Source: Octopus vulgaris | Taxonomy: Eukaryota | Length of the DNA: 64,000 nt | Assembly: GCA_951406725.2 (NCBI GenBank) | Contig: OX597828.1 | Location: 17,732,001-17,796,000 of the forward strand | Direction of reading: 5' to 3' | Part shown: piece after piece, positions 12,861-26,708 of the stretch | Layout of the letters: the number at the start of each line of letters is the position of its first letter | Numbering within the stretch: the stretch's first letter is position 1 | The notes under the pieces: model-generated | Seen by the model: the letters and a program-made list of their open reading frames with translations, nothing else | Told to the model about the DNA's origin: nothing | Databases searched by the model: none | Translations under genes and position numbers: made by a program

Positions 12861-14194
12861 ATATCTGGATAAAAGAAAAAAGTCACCAGGTTAAAATAAC
12901 CGTCATTATATTGCTCTGCATCTACAACACCCTTGGTCAATGGATTTTGTCTCGTTGTTGAAACAGTTAGTGGCTATTTGGTTAGATGGTTGATTTTATA
13001 GAGGGTTGGTTGGGTAGGGACTGTGTAGTTGGTTATATGGTGGGCGGGTATAAAGAGTTCTAGCATTGCCGTTTTGGCGCTGCCGTTTTGACATCGATGA
13101 TTCGACGCTGACTTTTTTTACATCAGGCGTTTTAATATTTCTCTCGTTCTCTCTCCCTCCCCTTCCTCTCTCACTCTCTCTCTCTCTGTGAGCATCTAGT
13201 TATGTTTGCATGTATGTGTAATTTCCCTCTCCCTCTCTCACGCATTATATATGTATATATCTATACTTACGCGCACACGTAAGAGCTTGCCGCCAGTACC
13301 GAAATATACTGTCGCCAAAACAGTATATTTCGGTTTAATGTCCAACCAGCCATGCCAAATATTCTGCGATCAAACAGCTGCGCCCAATCTCATTTCAGTT
13401 TTTGGATGAATGGATGGACGGAACGCCATTACTAGTGCGGCAAACAATCTGTAATATAAATTATAGATACTTCCATTGTTTGCGTTATTTTATGTTCAAA
13501 ACCACGCCGTAGTCGACATTCTTTTTCGTCCTACATGGGTCACTCAATAAATAATATTAAAGTATTGTGGTCAATATAATCTTCTGCAAACTTTCTCTGA
13601 AATATGTGGCTCTGCACCTTTGTTAGAATCAATGATTTATACATTAATATGGTTTAATTCACTGAGTACGTTTATAAATGTGAACGCGGGAAGCAAGACA
13701 ATGAGTAACAAGAAGGAAAAGGAGAGAGAAAGAGAGAGTGAAAATGTGTGTCTGTGGAGGAAGGGTGTTCTATAGTAAGTAATTCTATACACGTAAGTAT
13801 ACTGATTAATAAACGTGGCTCACTTCTTTTTTATGGTGTCGTAAACATTTCGCTAATTCAGACGCCATTGGTGCTATATGGTCGCCATGTTTTTGTCTTT
13901 ATTAAGACTGGTAGTATGTTAAATCTAAATCAGACTTGACGTGTTCTTAGTTCTGATTTCTAAGTTTATGCAAAGAAAACATATTTGCTAACTTTATTGT
14001 ATCCCACGATATTTAGGTTCCCTACCCGTCATCACAAAAAAAACAAAACAATAATGTGCAACAACTCAGATTACTACAGCGATGGAATATAATCTACCCC
14101 ACACGAGACTTAAAAGGTTTACGGCACCATCACCCAATCTGTTATGTATAAGTGAATTACTGAATGGAGTGTGAAACGTTTGTGACTCATCGTT

Positions 14195-14410
14195 CGTCTT
14201 TTACTGGTTTCAGTCAATAGAGTGCGGCCATGCTGTAGCACCAGCTTGAAGAATTTCAGTCGAACGAATCGACCCAGGAACGTACTTTTTGTTAAGCATG
14301 GTACTTATTCAATCCAACTCTTTTGCCGAACCGCTAGATCACGGGAACGTAAACGCACCAACAGCGGTTGTCAAGCGATGATTGGGTATAAACACAGGGA
14401 CAAAGAGACA
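14195..14410 (-). mobile_element. SINE family A 3' half
   Basis: Reverse complement match to the family A tail. Confidence 0.8.
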
Positions 14411-14494
14411 CCGCGGTAACTGCAGTGCATTTGCCTTTTAGCTGTTGAAATATGTCACAAACATTTTAACTGAACTCAATTTTGCGAATGTATA

Positions 14495-14869
14495 TACTCT
14501 TTACTCTTCTACTTGTTTCAGTCATTTGACTGCGGCCATGCTGGAGCACCGCCTTTAGTCGAGCAAATCGACCCCGGGACTTATTCTTTCTAAGCCCAGT
14601 ACTTATTCAATCGGTCTCTTTTGCCGAACCGCTAGGTGACGGGTACGTAAACATACCAGCATCGGTTGTCAAGTGATTTGGGAGGAACAAACACAGACAC
14701 ACAAACACACAGACACACAAACAAACACACACACACACACAGACAACACACAGACACACATACACAACACACAAACACACAGATTAATCAAAAAACACAC
14801 CACACAAAACACACAACACACACACACACATTTCTGTTCAATCTGGTTCAGCTCCACAATCACCACATA

Positions 14870-14900
<31 letters not shown>

Positions 14901-15065
14901 TACGACAGGCCTCTTTCAGTTTCCGTCTACCAAATCCACTCACAAGGCATTAGTCGGCCCGAGGCTATAGCAGAAGACACTTGCCCAAGATGCCACGAAG
15001 TGGGACTGAACCCGAAACCATGTGGCTGGTAAGCAAGCTACTTACCAAACAGCCACTCCTGCGCC
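14495..15065 (-). mobile_element. SINE family A, full length
   Basis: Reverse complement match, head ends at 15065. Confidence 0.9.
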
Positions 15066-15074
15066 TATATGTAT

Positions 15075-15232
15075 ATACGACAGGTTTCTTTCATTTTCTA
15101 TCTAGCAAACCCTCTCGCAAGAATTTGGGCCTCCCGAGGCTTTAGTACAAGATACTTGCCCAATGTGCCACACTAGGGGACTAGAATGGAACCACATAGT
15201 TGGGAAACAAATTTCTTACCACACAGCCACGT
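15075..15232 (-). mobile_element. SINE family A 5' half, degenerate
   Basis: cttgcccaatgtgccac, cttaccacacagccac. Confidence 0.75.
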
Positions 15233-15284
15233 GTTCACCTAGCCCTTAAAGAATATAGCAAAGTAATTGAAATAGCTAAAACAC

Positions 15285-16095
15285 AAGCGCAGTCGTACTC
15301 ACAGTGTTCAAAACATCGCTTCATAATCACGTGGTCTTGAGTTAGTTCGATTACAATCGTTACATTTTACAGCAAGGCCCCCGATGGACCACAGCTGTGC
15401 TGAAGGCTCTCATGTGAATATGTTTCACAGGCGCAGACGTCATAGTCTTGATATTCAAAAGTCCGTTCAGTAAGTTCGTGGTTTGTAATCTCGCTCCCAC
15501 TCAGGACCACTTCTTACACTTTGAGCAAGCCTGCGGGTTCACAAATGTTTTGCTTCACGAGCAGAATTTCGTGGACAAAAATTATGTGAAGTGCTGTCGA
15601 GCGCACGTGTGTTACAGGCAAATCATAGTTTGATGTTCAAGACTCGTTTCATAATCGCTATTCTTTCTTTCCTGCTCGTTATTCTTTGAGCGAGGAATGC
15701 GTTGCTTTCCGAGTGGTATTTCGTAGACATAAACGTGCGTGGAGAGTTGGCGCCGTCATAGTTTTGTAATACAGAAGTGGCTTCGTATCCATGTGGTTTG
15801 GTAATAGCTCGGCCCCCATTACGTTGCGCTTCGAGCAAGGCCGTGAGATGACAAATGTTTTGCCTTGTCAGGGGAATTTGATGGACAAGAAACTGTGAAG
15901 TGTGCTGTCCGTTCTATGTGCGTCACGGGTGCAAATGTAATTATGCAGTTCAAAAGTTCGTTTCGTAATCGCATACATTCGATTTCGTCCTTAATCGCTT
16001 GTTACTTTGAGCAAGACCCCAGATTGACAAATACTTTTGCCCTGGGATGGAAAATTGCAAACAGATGCGGTGCAGAATCGTGCCGTGTTAATAGC
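15285..16095 (+). repeat. Degenerate head-to-tail array of about five SINE-A-head-like units
   Basis: Recurring gttcaa..cgtttcataatcgc / ttgagcaag / acaaatgttttgc / gaattt..tggacaa blocks. Confidence 0.55.
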
Positions 16096-16254
16096 AGTGC
16101 CGTGTTTGCGGTTCTATTTACACTAGTTAAATAGCTTTTGTGTTTTGTTTTTGTGTCCCCCTGCGCCCGTTTAATTATTCTATAATGAAATCAGTGACAC
16201 AAGTCCTGGGTTAAATCAGTACAGGCTTTCGTATATCTCTAATTTATCGTATTT

Positions 16255-16580
16255 TTATTACTTATTTCATACATTAGAATGCGGTCATGCTGGAGCATCG
16301 CCTTGAAGAGTTTATTCTATCAAATTAATCGCGATACTGAATTTTGAAGTGTAATACTTATACTATCGACCATGCTTGCAGAACGACTCAGTTATAGGTA
16401 CGCAAACAAACTAACATCGGTTATCAAGCAGTAATGGTGGAAGACAAATACACACACATACACACACAATATAATGGGCTTCCGCACAATTTCCGTCCAG
16501 TAAATTCACTTAGAGGCAATAAGTCGTTTTAGGGCTATTGTAGTAGACACTGGACTAAGCCGCTGTGCAGTGGTTGCAAA
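16255..16580 (-). mobile_element. SINE family A, old copy
   Basis: gcggtcatgctggagcatcgcc, ggttatcaagc, gctattgtagtagacac. Confidence 0.65.
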
Positions 16581-17657
16581 CGAGATAAGACTAGCTCAGC
16601 TGAGAATCGAAACAGTTTCACTTATATAACATTCCGAGAGCGTATAAGCATTGCCACTATACAACTAAGTTGGAACGAAAATAAGATTTAGAAAAAAGAA
16701 GAAAAAAAAAACTAAAAATTATTTGTAGACTTTAAAATAATTTTTTTTTTCTTTTTTCTTGCAACATAGAATTGATATTATGAATAAATTTATGAGCTAG
16801 TCATCCCATATAAACAAGCACGTTGAAATTTAAACCAGAAGCAGAAGAAAAAAAATATTTTCTTTCACAAGTACAAATATTTAAACGTGACAACCACACA
16901 TTTTTCATTCAGTCGAACAAGTCTTTTTTTTTTTTTTTGATTTCTTTAGATACTTATTTTATTTATATTTATTTATTTTGCTTTTTTCAGTTTCCTTAAA
17001 GTTTGGTTTTAACCTATATTTGCTAGAAATATATTTTCTCGCTATGTTATCAATAGCAAAACAATATATTAATATTGTTTTGCTATTAATACAATAGCGA
17101 ATTGTAGAATTGTGTCTAAAGGATTCGAGTCACTAAAAATAACTACATTTATATCAGCACAATCAGGAATTTCGATAAAGAATGAGATTTAATATAGGAC
17201 ATTTCAGAATTTCATTTCTTTTCAATTCATTTCACTTCTTATCATTCCTGTCAAATGTGAAATTCGATAGAGTTTGATATATATATATTAAATCATATCA
17301 ACTAATTTTTTTCATTGTGACCATACTACATGAAAATGAAACTAGTTTCAAAGCGAGGCGTAGATGAAGAACCATGACGTGGTCACACGACCTACGAGAA
17401 ATAGCAGCTATATTTATTTATGTTTTGTTGTAAAATAATAGAGCCTAAAAAAAATATATGTCCTGCTTTGTAAAAAATATAATACAAACAGTATTACTGG
17501 AAAACTATTTGTACAGCGTAGCTTCAAAATATAACCTATTGAGATACCAGTTGCTTTGTTGCTGCTGTTTTTTTTTCTTTTGCATCCCTGACCAACCATG
17601 AACAAGCAGTTACTTAGCTGTTCTACCTAAGTTATCCTTTATACATACATACAGATA

Positions 17658-17929
17658 ATCAAAATAAGCAACAAGGATATCCAGAGGTAATGCAGTATGA
17701 TCGTTTCATGCAACTCCATTTAATTGAACAATGCAAACATTACATCAATTTAAAATGTAGAGCAATCTTCAATTACATGGAGTCGCATGAAACGATCGTA
17801 CTGCATTACCTCTGGGTATCCTTGTTGCTTATTTTGATTATAATCACCCCATTTTGAATTATATGGATAATACCATACTAAATTCTGGTGCCTTTAACTT
17901 AAGTAGCATATTCATCTGAATCTAAATTT
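17658..17929 (+). mobile_element. Fold-back PLE pLTR fragment with 16-bp target-site duplication
   Basis: Inverted arms 17655-17728 and 17768-17841; GAAACGATCGTA hammerhead 3' half; homolog at 56480-56620; tacatacatacagata on both sides. Confidence 0.75.
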
Positions 17930-18092
17930 TACATACATACAGATAGAATAGATAAATAAATAATAGGAATTAAATTGAAAGACAGTCTTTATTTAACACC
18001 ACTAAAACTGTTTCGACATATTTTTTACACTCGTAGCATCTTGGTAAAAAAAAATTCTACTTAAGGTGATTGGTTTAAATAAATCCTTGTTA

Positions 18093-18245
18093 TATTACAT
18101 TATTTACATTATTTAAATTTGACGGGTATTTGTCCTCATCTTGTTTGTTGTTTACACAACGTTTCGACTGATAAACCCTCCAGCCTTCATTAGGTGTCTT
18201 GGGAAATTTTGAACCTGGATTCTCATTCATAAGGTATTTTTCGAT
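18093..18245 (-). mobile_element. Second copy of the 586-735 pLTR-like repeat, with hammerhead motif at 18154-18198
   Basis: Reverse complement: gacac-CTAATGA-aggctg...cagtc-GAAACGTT-gtgt; abuts (TTA)n. Confidence 0.7.
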
Positions 18246-18246
18246 G

Positions 18247-18247
<1 letters not shown>

Positions 18248-18278
<31 letters not shown>

Positions 18279-18336
18279 TTTTAATTATTATTATTATTAT
18301 TTAATTATTCTTAATATTTAAATATTATTATTATTA

Positions 18337-18430
<94 letters not shown>

Positions 18431-18473
18431 CATTATTATTATTTAAATATTATTATTATTATTATTATTATTA

Positions 18474-18535
<62 letters not shown>
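18248..18535. repeat. (TTA)n microsatellite
   Basis: Direct reading. Confidence 0.95.
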
Positions 18536-18536
<1 letters not shown>

Positions 18537-19300
18537 GATCGCTATAGCAAGTTCATTTCCACTATTGTCCTGGATATTCTAATTCCGACCAAATCGATGA
18601 TGACCGTATCTCAGCAACAACTCTTACGGGAGAAAGGAGAAACTTCTATCGTCGCCATTCGCGATCACATAAATGGCATGGCCTTTCTGCTCACGGTCTG
18701 ATTGAATGATTAACCACAAGATCGATCACATCAAACAATCAATTAGTTAATTGGTTAGATAGATAACCAATCGACAGAAATGAAAAAGGAAAGAGAAAGA
18801 AGTGTAATAGAGCCAATATACGTGCTTTTATTATCGGGATAATGACCATCCCGAGATTACAACAGGACACATTTAATAACGAAGTCTTACTGAGACAAAC
18901 AAAACGGTCAAGGCCAGAGTATCTTTGGCCATATTTGTACTCGGTTAGGGTGTAACCTGGGTCAGTCTAAACAGCAGAAACATTGACAACGGCTGGGTTG
19001 AAATGTCCCTGATACACTGCATGTCATCGAGCTGCCTAATTAGAGGAATAGAAGTGCGAAATAGTGTTCCATGATTTATGGGATCTGCATCAGTCCTTAT
19101 TCAATTATATATGGTGTCACGTTTCATTCTTTTATCTCTCGAGATGTTTATTTTTCAACGGGAGTTCTACTGATGCGAGGTGAATTGACAGCGAGGTTGT
19201 GATTTCACGCTGAAGCAGTTCCGTGAGAGAAATTCTTTTCTTTGATAAATATTTGATGAACTGCACAATATAATTCTTTAAAATTGCATTTGATCATTTC

Positions 19301-19303
<3 letters not shown>

Positions 19304-19350
<47 letters not shown>

Positions 19351-19563
19351 TGTATGTATGTATGTATGTATGTATGTATGTATGTATGTATGTATGTATG
19401 TATGTATGTATGTATGTATGTATGTGTGTGTGTATGTGTACGTGTGTGTGTGAGTGTGTGCTTGTATATACACCATTTATACATAATATACGTAAATATA
19501 TGTACATGTATGTAAGTGTACGAGTAGATATGTGCATGTTTACATATATAAGTGTGTGTTTGC

Positions 19564-19618
<55 letters not shown>

Positions 19619-19674
19619 TGTGTGTGTGTGTGTATGTATATATATGTATAAATATATATATATATATATATATA

Positions 19675-19739
<65 letters not shown>

Positions 19740-19745
19740 TACATT
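19304..19745. repeat. (TA)n/(TATG)n/(TG)n compound microsatellite
   Basis: Direct reading. Confidence 0.9.
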
Positions 19746-20219
19746 CAACATTTCTTCAGAGTGATGAAAAGACATCAGAGATTAATCCATCCAAACGCAT
19801 AAAAACAAAAAAAAACAACAACAAAAAAACGAAACAAAAAGAGACAAAAATCAAGGGGTAGGAAAAATTCGACATTTTATAACTACAAACAGAATTCATC
19901 TAAAGACTTTGATTGAAATGGACGTCAATTTTTACGACATTGGTAGACTAAGATGTTTATTAACTTCTGTTATAAACATAACAGACAATTCCAATACATC
20001 GCCACTGTTATTCTTGTAAATGTGTCTCCTCATTCATCGTTTATTTGTTAGATGATGTTGTAAGATTTCATTTATTCAATATGTGGCGAGTAGTTTTTCA
20101 ATGATGGAGATTCAAATATGGAACATAACTGTCTCATTATTGTATGATAGCCCATATATCAAGCTAAACAGTTTTTTCTTTTTTACTTTTCTTATACATA
20201 CATACATACATAAACACAC

Positions 20220-20255
<36 letters not shown>

Positions 20256-21209
20256 TTACCATTATTTTGATGAAAGAATGAAAGAAGTCCAATTTTGCTT
20301 CTATTTTTTTGGCTTTTATTACCTTACTTCTACTGTTTCAGAGATATATATGAATATGTCTGTGTGTGTGTGTGTGTGTTATTTATTTTATTTATTTATG
20401 TAGTTATTTTTTTTGGCATAATGTGTCCTCTAACATTTCAATATATTTTTGCATTCGTGGAGATAATTCTTTAAAGAATAATAACGCAGAATTTATTATC
20501 AGTTCTTGGGGTTCTTTTATTTGTCATCTCTATATTTGAAATCTGTTAGATATGAGAATGTTTTGAAGATAAAGATCAATATATATATATATATGTGTGT
20601 GTATGTTTACACACATACACACACCCATATATATATATATATATATATATATTGTGTATGTGTATGTATGTGTACCCTCTGCTTATTCAACCTAATACCT
20701 ATGCACGTGTTCCTCCTTATATGACAACACATACACTCTGTTAGACTTATTTTAAGTAGTTCAAATTATTTTATAGCACGTGATTCTCAGGAGACAAACC
20801 TATATTACGAGGTAGCCTCAATCTTTGGGTAGAAATATTTGCATTCATTTACGACTCATGTAACACGGAGGTCGATATGATAAAGTGCCAATGAAATAGT
20901 GGGGTCGATCGTATGAACTTCAAACTTTCTTCAAATATCAGGCCTCGAGAAACAATTATTAATAAAAGTTACTGATTTAGGTACATTAGTAGCAATTTTG
21001 AAGGGAGGGTTATATCGATGCCGTCCGTTATAGTACATGACTGGTATTTTACTGATCCCGGAGGAATAAAAAGCAAGGATGATTTCGGTAAGATTCGAAC
21101 CCAGAACGATGATGTTTGGAACAAATACCACAATGCATTTCCCGTCACCATAACGATTCTGCCATCTCCCCACATTTACAAAATATTATTTAAATATCCT
21201 TATTTCTAT

Positions 21210-21412
21210 AGACACAAGACCTGAAACTTTGGGAGACATGGTGGTGATGGTGGTGGTGGTTGGAGGGGGAACTTGTCGTTTACATCGACCCCAGGGCTCA
21301 AGTTTTACTTATTTTATCGACCCTCGAAACACAAAGTCCACATCGACAAAATCTGAACTCAGAACCTAAAGACGGGAGAAATGCCGCTAAACAATATATC
21401 CGGTGTGCCAAC
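21210..21412 (-). mobile_element. SINE family B, degenerate
   Basis: tacatcgacccca, tgaactcagaac, gaaatgccgctaa. Confidence 0.65.
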
Positions 21413-21414
21413 AC

Positions 21415-21810
21415 GTTGACTCAATACCCATGCCTTCACTCAGTCTGTCTACCCAGTACTCATTCTTTCACTCAACTAGTCGATTTAGTAAACATTTTCC
21501 AACTCAACTAGCCAATACTCAATCACTCACTTTACTAGTTGCCTTAAACTTCATTCCTTTACTGAACAATTCAAAACATTTCTCTTAGCCTCACTCGATT
21601 TATCAACTCATTCCTTTACTTAGCTATTCGACACAAACTCATTCCTCCACTCAACTGCTCGACCCAATACTCATTCCTTCACTCAACTGCTCAACCCTAT
21701 GCTCAGTCCTCCACTGAACTGATTTCCCAATACTCATCCCTTCATTGAACTGTTCAACCCAATGGTCAGTCCTCCACTCAACCGCTCGACCCAATATTCA
21801 TTCCCTCCGT
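21415..21810. repeat. Degenerate ~32-bp minisatellite (TACTCATTCCTTCACTCAACTGCTCGACCCAA)
   Basis: About 12 diverged tandem units. Confidence 0.8.
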
Positions 21811-23435
21811 TAAGTATTTTCCTCATTGACCATGGACAACATCTGAACTTACAAATTCAAGAGACACAAATGAATGCCGCATCGCACTTAGTTCGATGCG
21901 CTAAACACTCTACTAATTCACAGCTCTGCAAAAAAACAAAATTAATCATCTTTTACCAAAGCCTATTTCTAACCGAAGAACAGAAACCATTATTAATACT
22001 TTTCTATACTGTCCATTAACTTATTATCATAATTGGCTTTTTTCTTATATATTTTGATATCTATTGCTGACAGTTAATTGGACTGAAGCAATCTAGAATT
22101 AAGTGTTCTTCAGCGAGTCACAATTATATGTCTGCATCAGATACTGAACCGCCATCTTAGTTCAGGTAGTTCGCTATAGGCTTATGGTGGAATGTTATTA
22201 AGCTGAATTGTAAAACGAGCTCACAGGGGATTCTTTGCTTGGTCGATCTCCTTGATAAATATAGCAAATAATACTGCCTCAGATGCACGGTTTATCATTT
22301 AGAAGAAAAATGGAAAAAATTTACTGGGTAATGGAGTAAATATGTGTAGTGAATTTAAGATGGGATAGTCACGCCTGTATGGTCTTCGAATATTACTCTA
22401 CCCGACCAAAGCTGCTATTGTGCTAAGTGACGAATGATTTGTAGTAACTGATACAAATTAACCGCTCTCACGAAATTTGAATGGCAACCAGATCATTACG
22501 ATTTCAGCCCCTCTGTGTGACACCCGGTTCAGCGAGTGTCCTCTAATATAGATCTGGGTCGATCAATGCCTTGTGAGATTGTGAATGAATTTGATGGACT
22601 GAAACTGTGCGGGGGTGGTTCATGTATACCCCGCGAACACATATATATATATGCTTCATCTCCCACTCCCCAAGATAGGATCACAGTACTCTTTTCATCG
22701 ATTTTCTTAAATGGTACAAGTCTTTAAGACGCAAACGATCACCAATCTCTTTGCAATCTGTTTGATTGTGTGTGTGCATGTGTGTATGTGTGTGTGCGCG
22801 CGAGCGGGCGGGCGGGTGTGTGAGCGTGTCCTGCTACTGCTTGACAACCGGTGTTTGTTTGTTCCTGTTCCTGCAATTATGCAATTAATCGGTTCGGCAA
22901 AATGTAGCGATAGATTAAGTACCAGACATTAAAAAAAGGAAAGTACTGAGCGTCGATTTTTTTCAAATAAAACCCATCAAGGCAGTGCAACAGCATGGCC
23001 GAAGTCGAATGACTGACGTTGATAAAATATTTTCCCTGTATCAAAATCTGCCAGATGTAAAACTTTGGCTCAAGATCTGTGGCTATAGGTATTATTCCTG
23101 CCACCAGCCAAAAATAAATTTACAATGGCATCGGAGAAGAGTGTTTGTAGCCATTTCATAACACATGAAATTCATTCTAAAATCATTTAAATTCACATTA
23201 AATTTATTTCAAAAGTTGTTAGAATGTTTGTTGCACACACATGATCTACTAACAGTGCTACAATAAATGTAACATTTTTGTCTGTTATTAAATGACATGA
23301 TTGTCTCTTCTACTAATTATTTCAGTTTCAAAGCCTGGCCTCAGATCAACTGACAAATATTACTTTCTTTTCAACGAAAGAGATTTCGGCAATTCTACAG
23401 TTTCTGTACATAAAATGGCTACTTATGTCAACCTC

Positions 23436-23579
<144 letters not shown>

Positions 23580-23582
23580 GTG

Positions 23583-23910
23583 AAGGCGATTGATTCAGTC
23601 GTTAGAGCGGCGGTCTCAGTCTTGAGGTAGTAAATTCGATTCTCGGACCGGGCTGTGTATTGTGTTCTTGAGCAAGATACTTTATTTCACGTTGCTCCAG
23701 TTCACTAAGCTGTAGAATAGAGTTGCAACGCCATTGGTGCCAAGCTGTATCGGTCTTTGCCTTTCCCTTAGATAACATCGGTGGCGTGGAGAGAGAAGGC
23801 TGGTATGCATGGACGACTTTTGTTCTTCCATGAAAGAATGTTGCCTGGACTTGTGCCTAGGAGGGAACTTTGTAGGTTCAATCCAATGGGCATTCATGAC
23901 TTAAGTGGGC
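23583..23910 (+). mobile_element. SINE with family D head and a different tail
   Basis: ttgtgttcttgagcaagatactttatttcacgttgctccagttcact shared with 28560-28610. Confidence 0.7.
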
Positions 23911-23926
23911 CTTTACTTGTTATCCT

Positions 23927-23974
<48 letters not shown>

Positions 23975-24184
23975 TCTTTGTTGCATGACGTATTCAGAGG
24001 TGTAAGACAATGCCATGACTTTTTCGGAGCCTTTATTATTGGGTGGAGAAAAGTAAGAAATTGTAATCAGACTGGAAACGCCGAACAAACAATTACAATA
24101 TGTTGGGCTCCGTTAAAGCAGCCCTTGGGCTAGGTGGGCTGTACTAAAACAGCTCTGGGGCCACAAGACAGGAAATTCTTTCTA

Positions 24185-24659
24185 CAATGGCACAAGGTTT
24201 GATATTTTGAGGGTGGGTGGAATAGTCGATTACATCGACCACAACGTTCAACTGGTATTTATTTTGACCCCGAAAATAGGAAAAGCAAAGTCAACCTCGA
24301 CGGCATTTGAACTCAGAACGTAAAGCCAAAAGACAAGCACTTTGTCCGCAGCGGTAATGATTTTATCGGCACACCACCTTAAAAACAATACTAATAATGG
24401 TTTCAAATTTTGGCATAAGACCAACTATTCCGGGAGCGGGCTGGGTTTAAATCGATCAAATTGATACCAGTGCTTGGCTGGGTCTTAATGGATGTTCTCA
24501 GGATTTTAGAATTTATTCTGACTCTGTAGGTGGGCTTCGAAAATAGGAAAAGCAAAGTCAACCGCGACGGCATTTGAACACAGAACGTAAAACCAAAAGA
24601 CAAGCATTTTGCCCGCAGCGGTAATGATTTTATCGGCACACCACCTTAAAAACAATACT
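24185..24659 (-). mobile_element. Two family B SINE copies in a local tandem duplication
   Basis: ~120-bp direct repeat 24270-24392 / 24538-24659 that includes flanking aaaaacaatact. Confidence 0.8.
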
Positions 24660-25239
24660 TAAAAACGTATTCTACGTAGGAACCATTAGCGGAATGCATT
24701 CACCATCTGAACCATCTTGACGCAAAAGGAGGACGATGGTCAGCTGGCTAGCTCCTCGTCACCATGACCACTAAGGATAAACACTTATGAAAGGAAACCT
24801 TCAATCGTTACCGAAACAGTAAGGAATATAATAAATAGTAAAGCATTGGTAATAGTTTGTGTTGGAAAATAATAATTAGTACACAAATAGAAAACACAAA
24901 CATTTCACAAAGTGTTGCTCACTTGAGAGCTAAGTGCGTTGGTTACAGACTCAAAGGCGGTGTTTTTGGTCGACTATTAACACCAAGGCGTTGTCTCTGC
25001 TATTGCTATTGACTCATTTATGTGCGGCTCTCATCTTAAAGTTGTATAAATTATGAATTAAAGCAGTTGAGTATTTTCTTTCAATTGCTCTCTTAATGCA
25101 CAACTGCACACCTCATGGTGAACCGGGTTTAATTGTGTAACAAGAACCCTTTTTAATGTAATTTACATTAAGGGAAAATAATTATGTGTAGAAGTAATAA
25201 TTATGAAAAAGAAACAGCACTTATGTGCGCGTGTACATA

Positions 25240-25331
<92 letters not shown>

Positions 25332-25380
25332 TATACACATATATATATATACATATACACACACACACACACACACATAT

Positions 25381-25431
<51 letters not shown>

Positions 25432-25968
25432 ACATACATGCATAAGTATATATATGCGCAAATTTAATTAAAGTATTAATAAAATTGAACGAACCAAAGT
25501 TCATTAGAAATATATTTCCTAATTTAATTATTCCTTCTCTTTAATTCTGTTTCAAAAATAAACCGAACAAAGAAACTGAGCTTACGTATTTAAGGGGTTA
25601 TTATATAATAATAAACATCCTTATTAGAAAAAAAAATTAGATTTAAAATTAATATATCCTTTCAACCGTTTAAAAGGTAAAAGCAATGAACGCTGTGAAG
25701 GTGTGGTTTTTGTATTTGCCTGGCAATCAGCGAAAAGAAAAAGAGAGAGAAAAAACTACATTAAAAGCCTTAACGTAATATTATGAAGAAAAAAAAGGTT
25801 GTGAGGATAAACTTGTGGAAAACTTATTACTTTTAAATTATGAAAAATAATAACGTAAAGTGTGATGAAATCTTATATAACATTTTCATCACGCTGATTT
25901 TATTGGTTAATCTTCACTAACAACAACAACAAAGAATATAATAACAAAACAACAAAAAGAATATATAT

Positions 25969-26001
<33 letters not shown>

Positions 26002-26227
26002 CATACATATTGTACACACACGCACACACCGACTCACAAGTAAGCGCATAGATGCTAAACAAGGTAGGAAAATAGTATTCGAAAACGAAACGGTAGAGTA
26101 ATATGCTTTTATTAAACCTGCAAATTTTTCCCAAATCTGAATCAGAGCTTCACGTTTCCGATCGTCGGACAGTTGAGATGAATACTATATACATACACAT
26201 ATTAATATATATATATATATGTATATA

Positions 26228-26390
26228 GGCGCAGAAGGGACTGTGTGGCAAGAGGCTGGCTTACCAACCACATAGTTCTGGGTTCAATCCCACTGCGTGG
26301 CAACTTGGGTGAGTGTTTTCTACTATTGTCTCGAACCGACCAAAGCCTTATGAGTGGATTTGATAGAGGTTAACTGGAAGAAGCCCGTCG

Positions 26391-26458
<68 letters not shown>

Positions 26459-26708
26459 TATGTATGAATGCTTGTATGTATGTATGTATGTATGTATGTA
26501 AGTGTATATGTTTTTGTGTGTGTGTTTGTTCCTCCAACATCGCTTGACAACCGATCCCCGTAGCTTAGTGTTTCGGCAAAAGATACCATTAGGTTAAATG
26601 ATACGCTTACAAAGAATAAGCTCTGGCGTCGATTTGGTTGACTAAAGGCAGGACTCCAGCATGGCCGCAGTCAAATGACTGAAGCAAGTAAAAGAATAAA
26701 AGAGTAAA
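26228..26708 (+). mobile_element. SINE family A
   Basis: Matches family A consensus. Confidence 0.88.
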
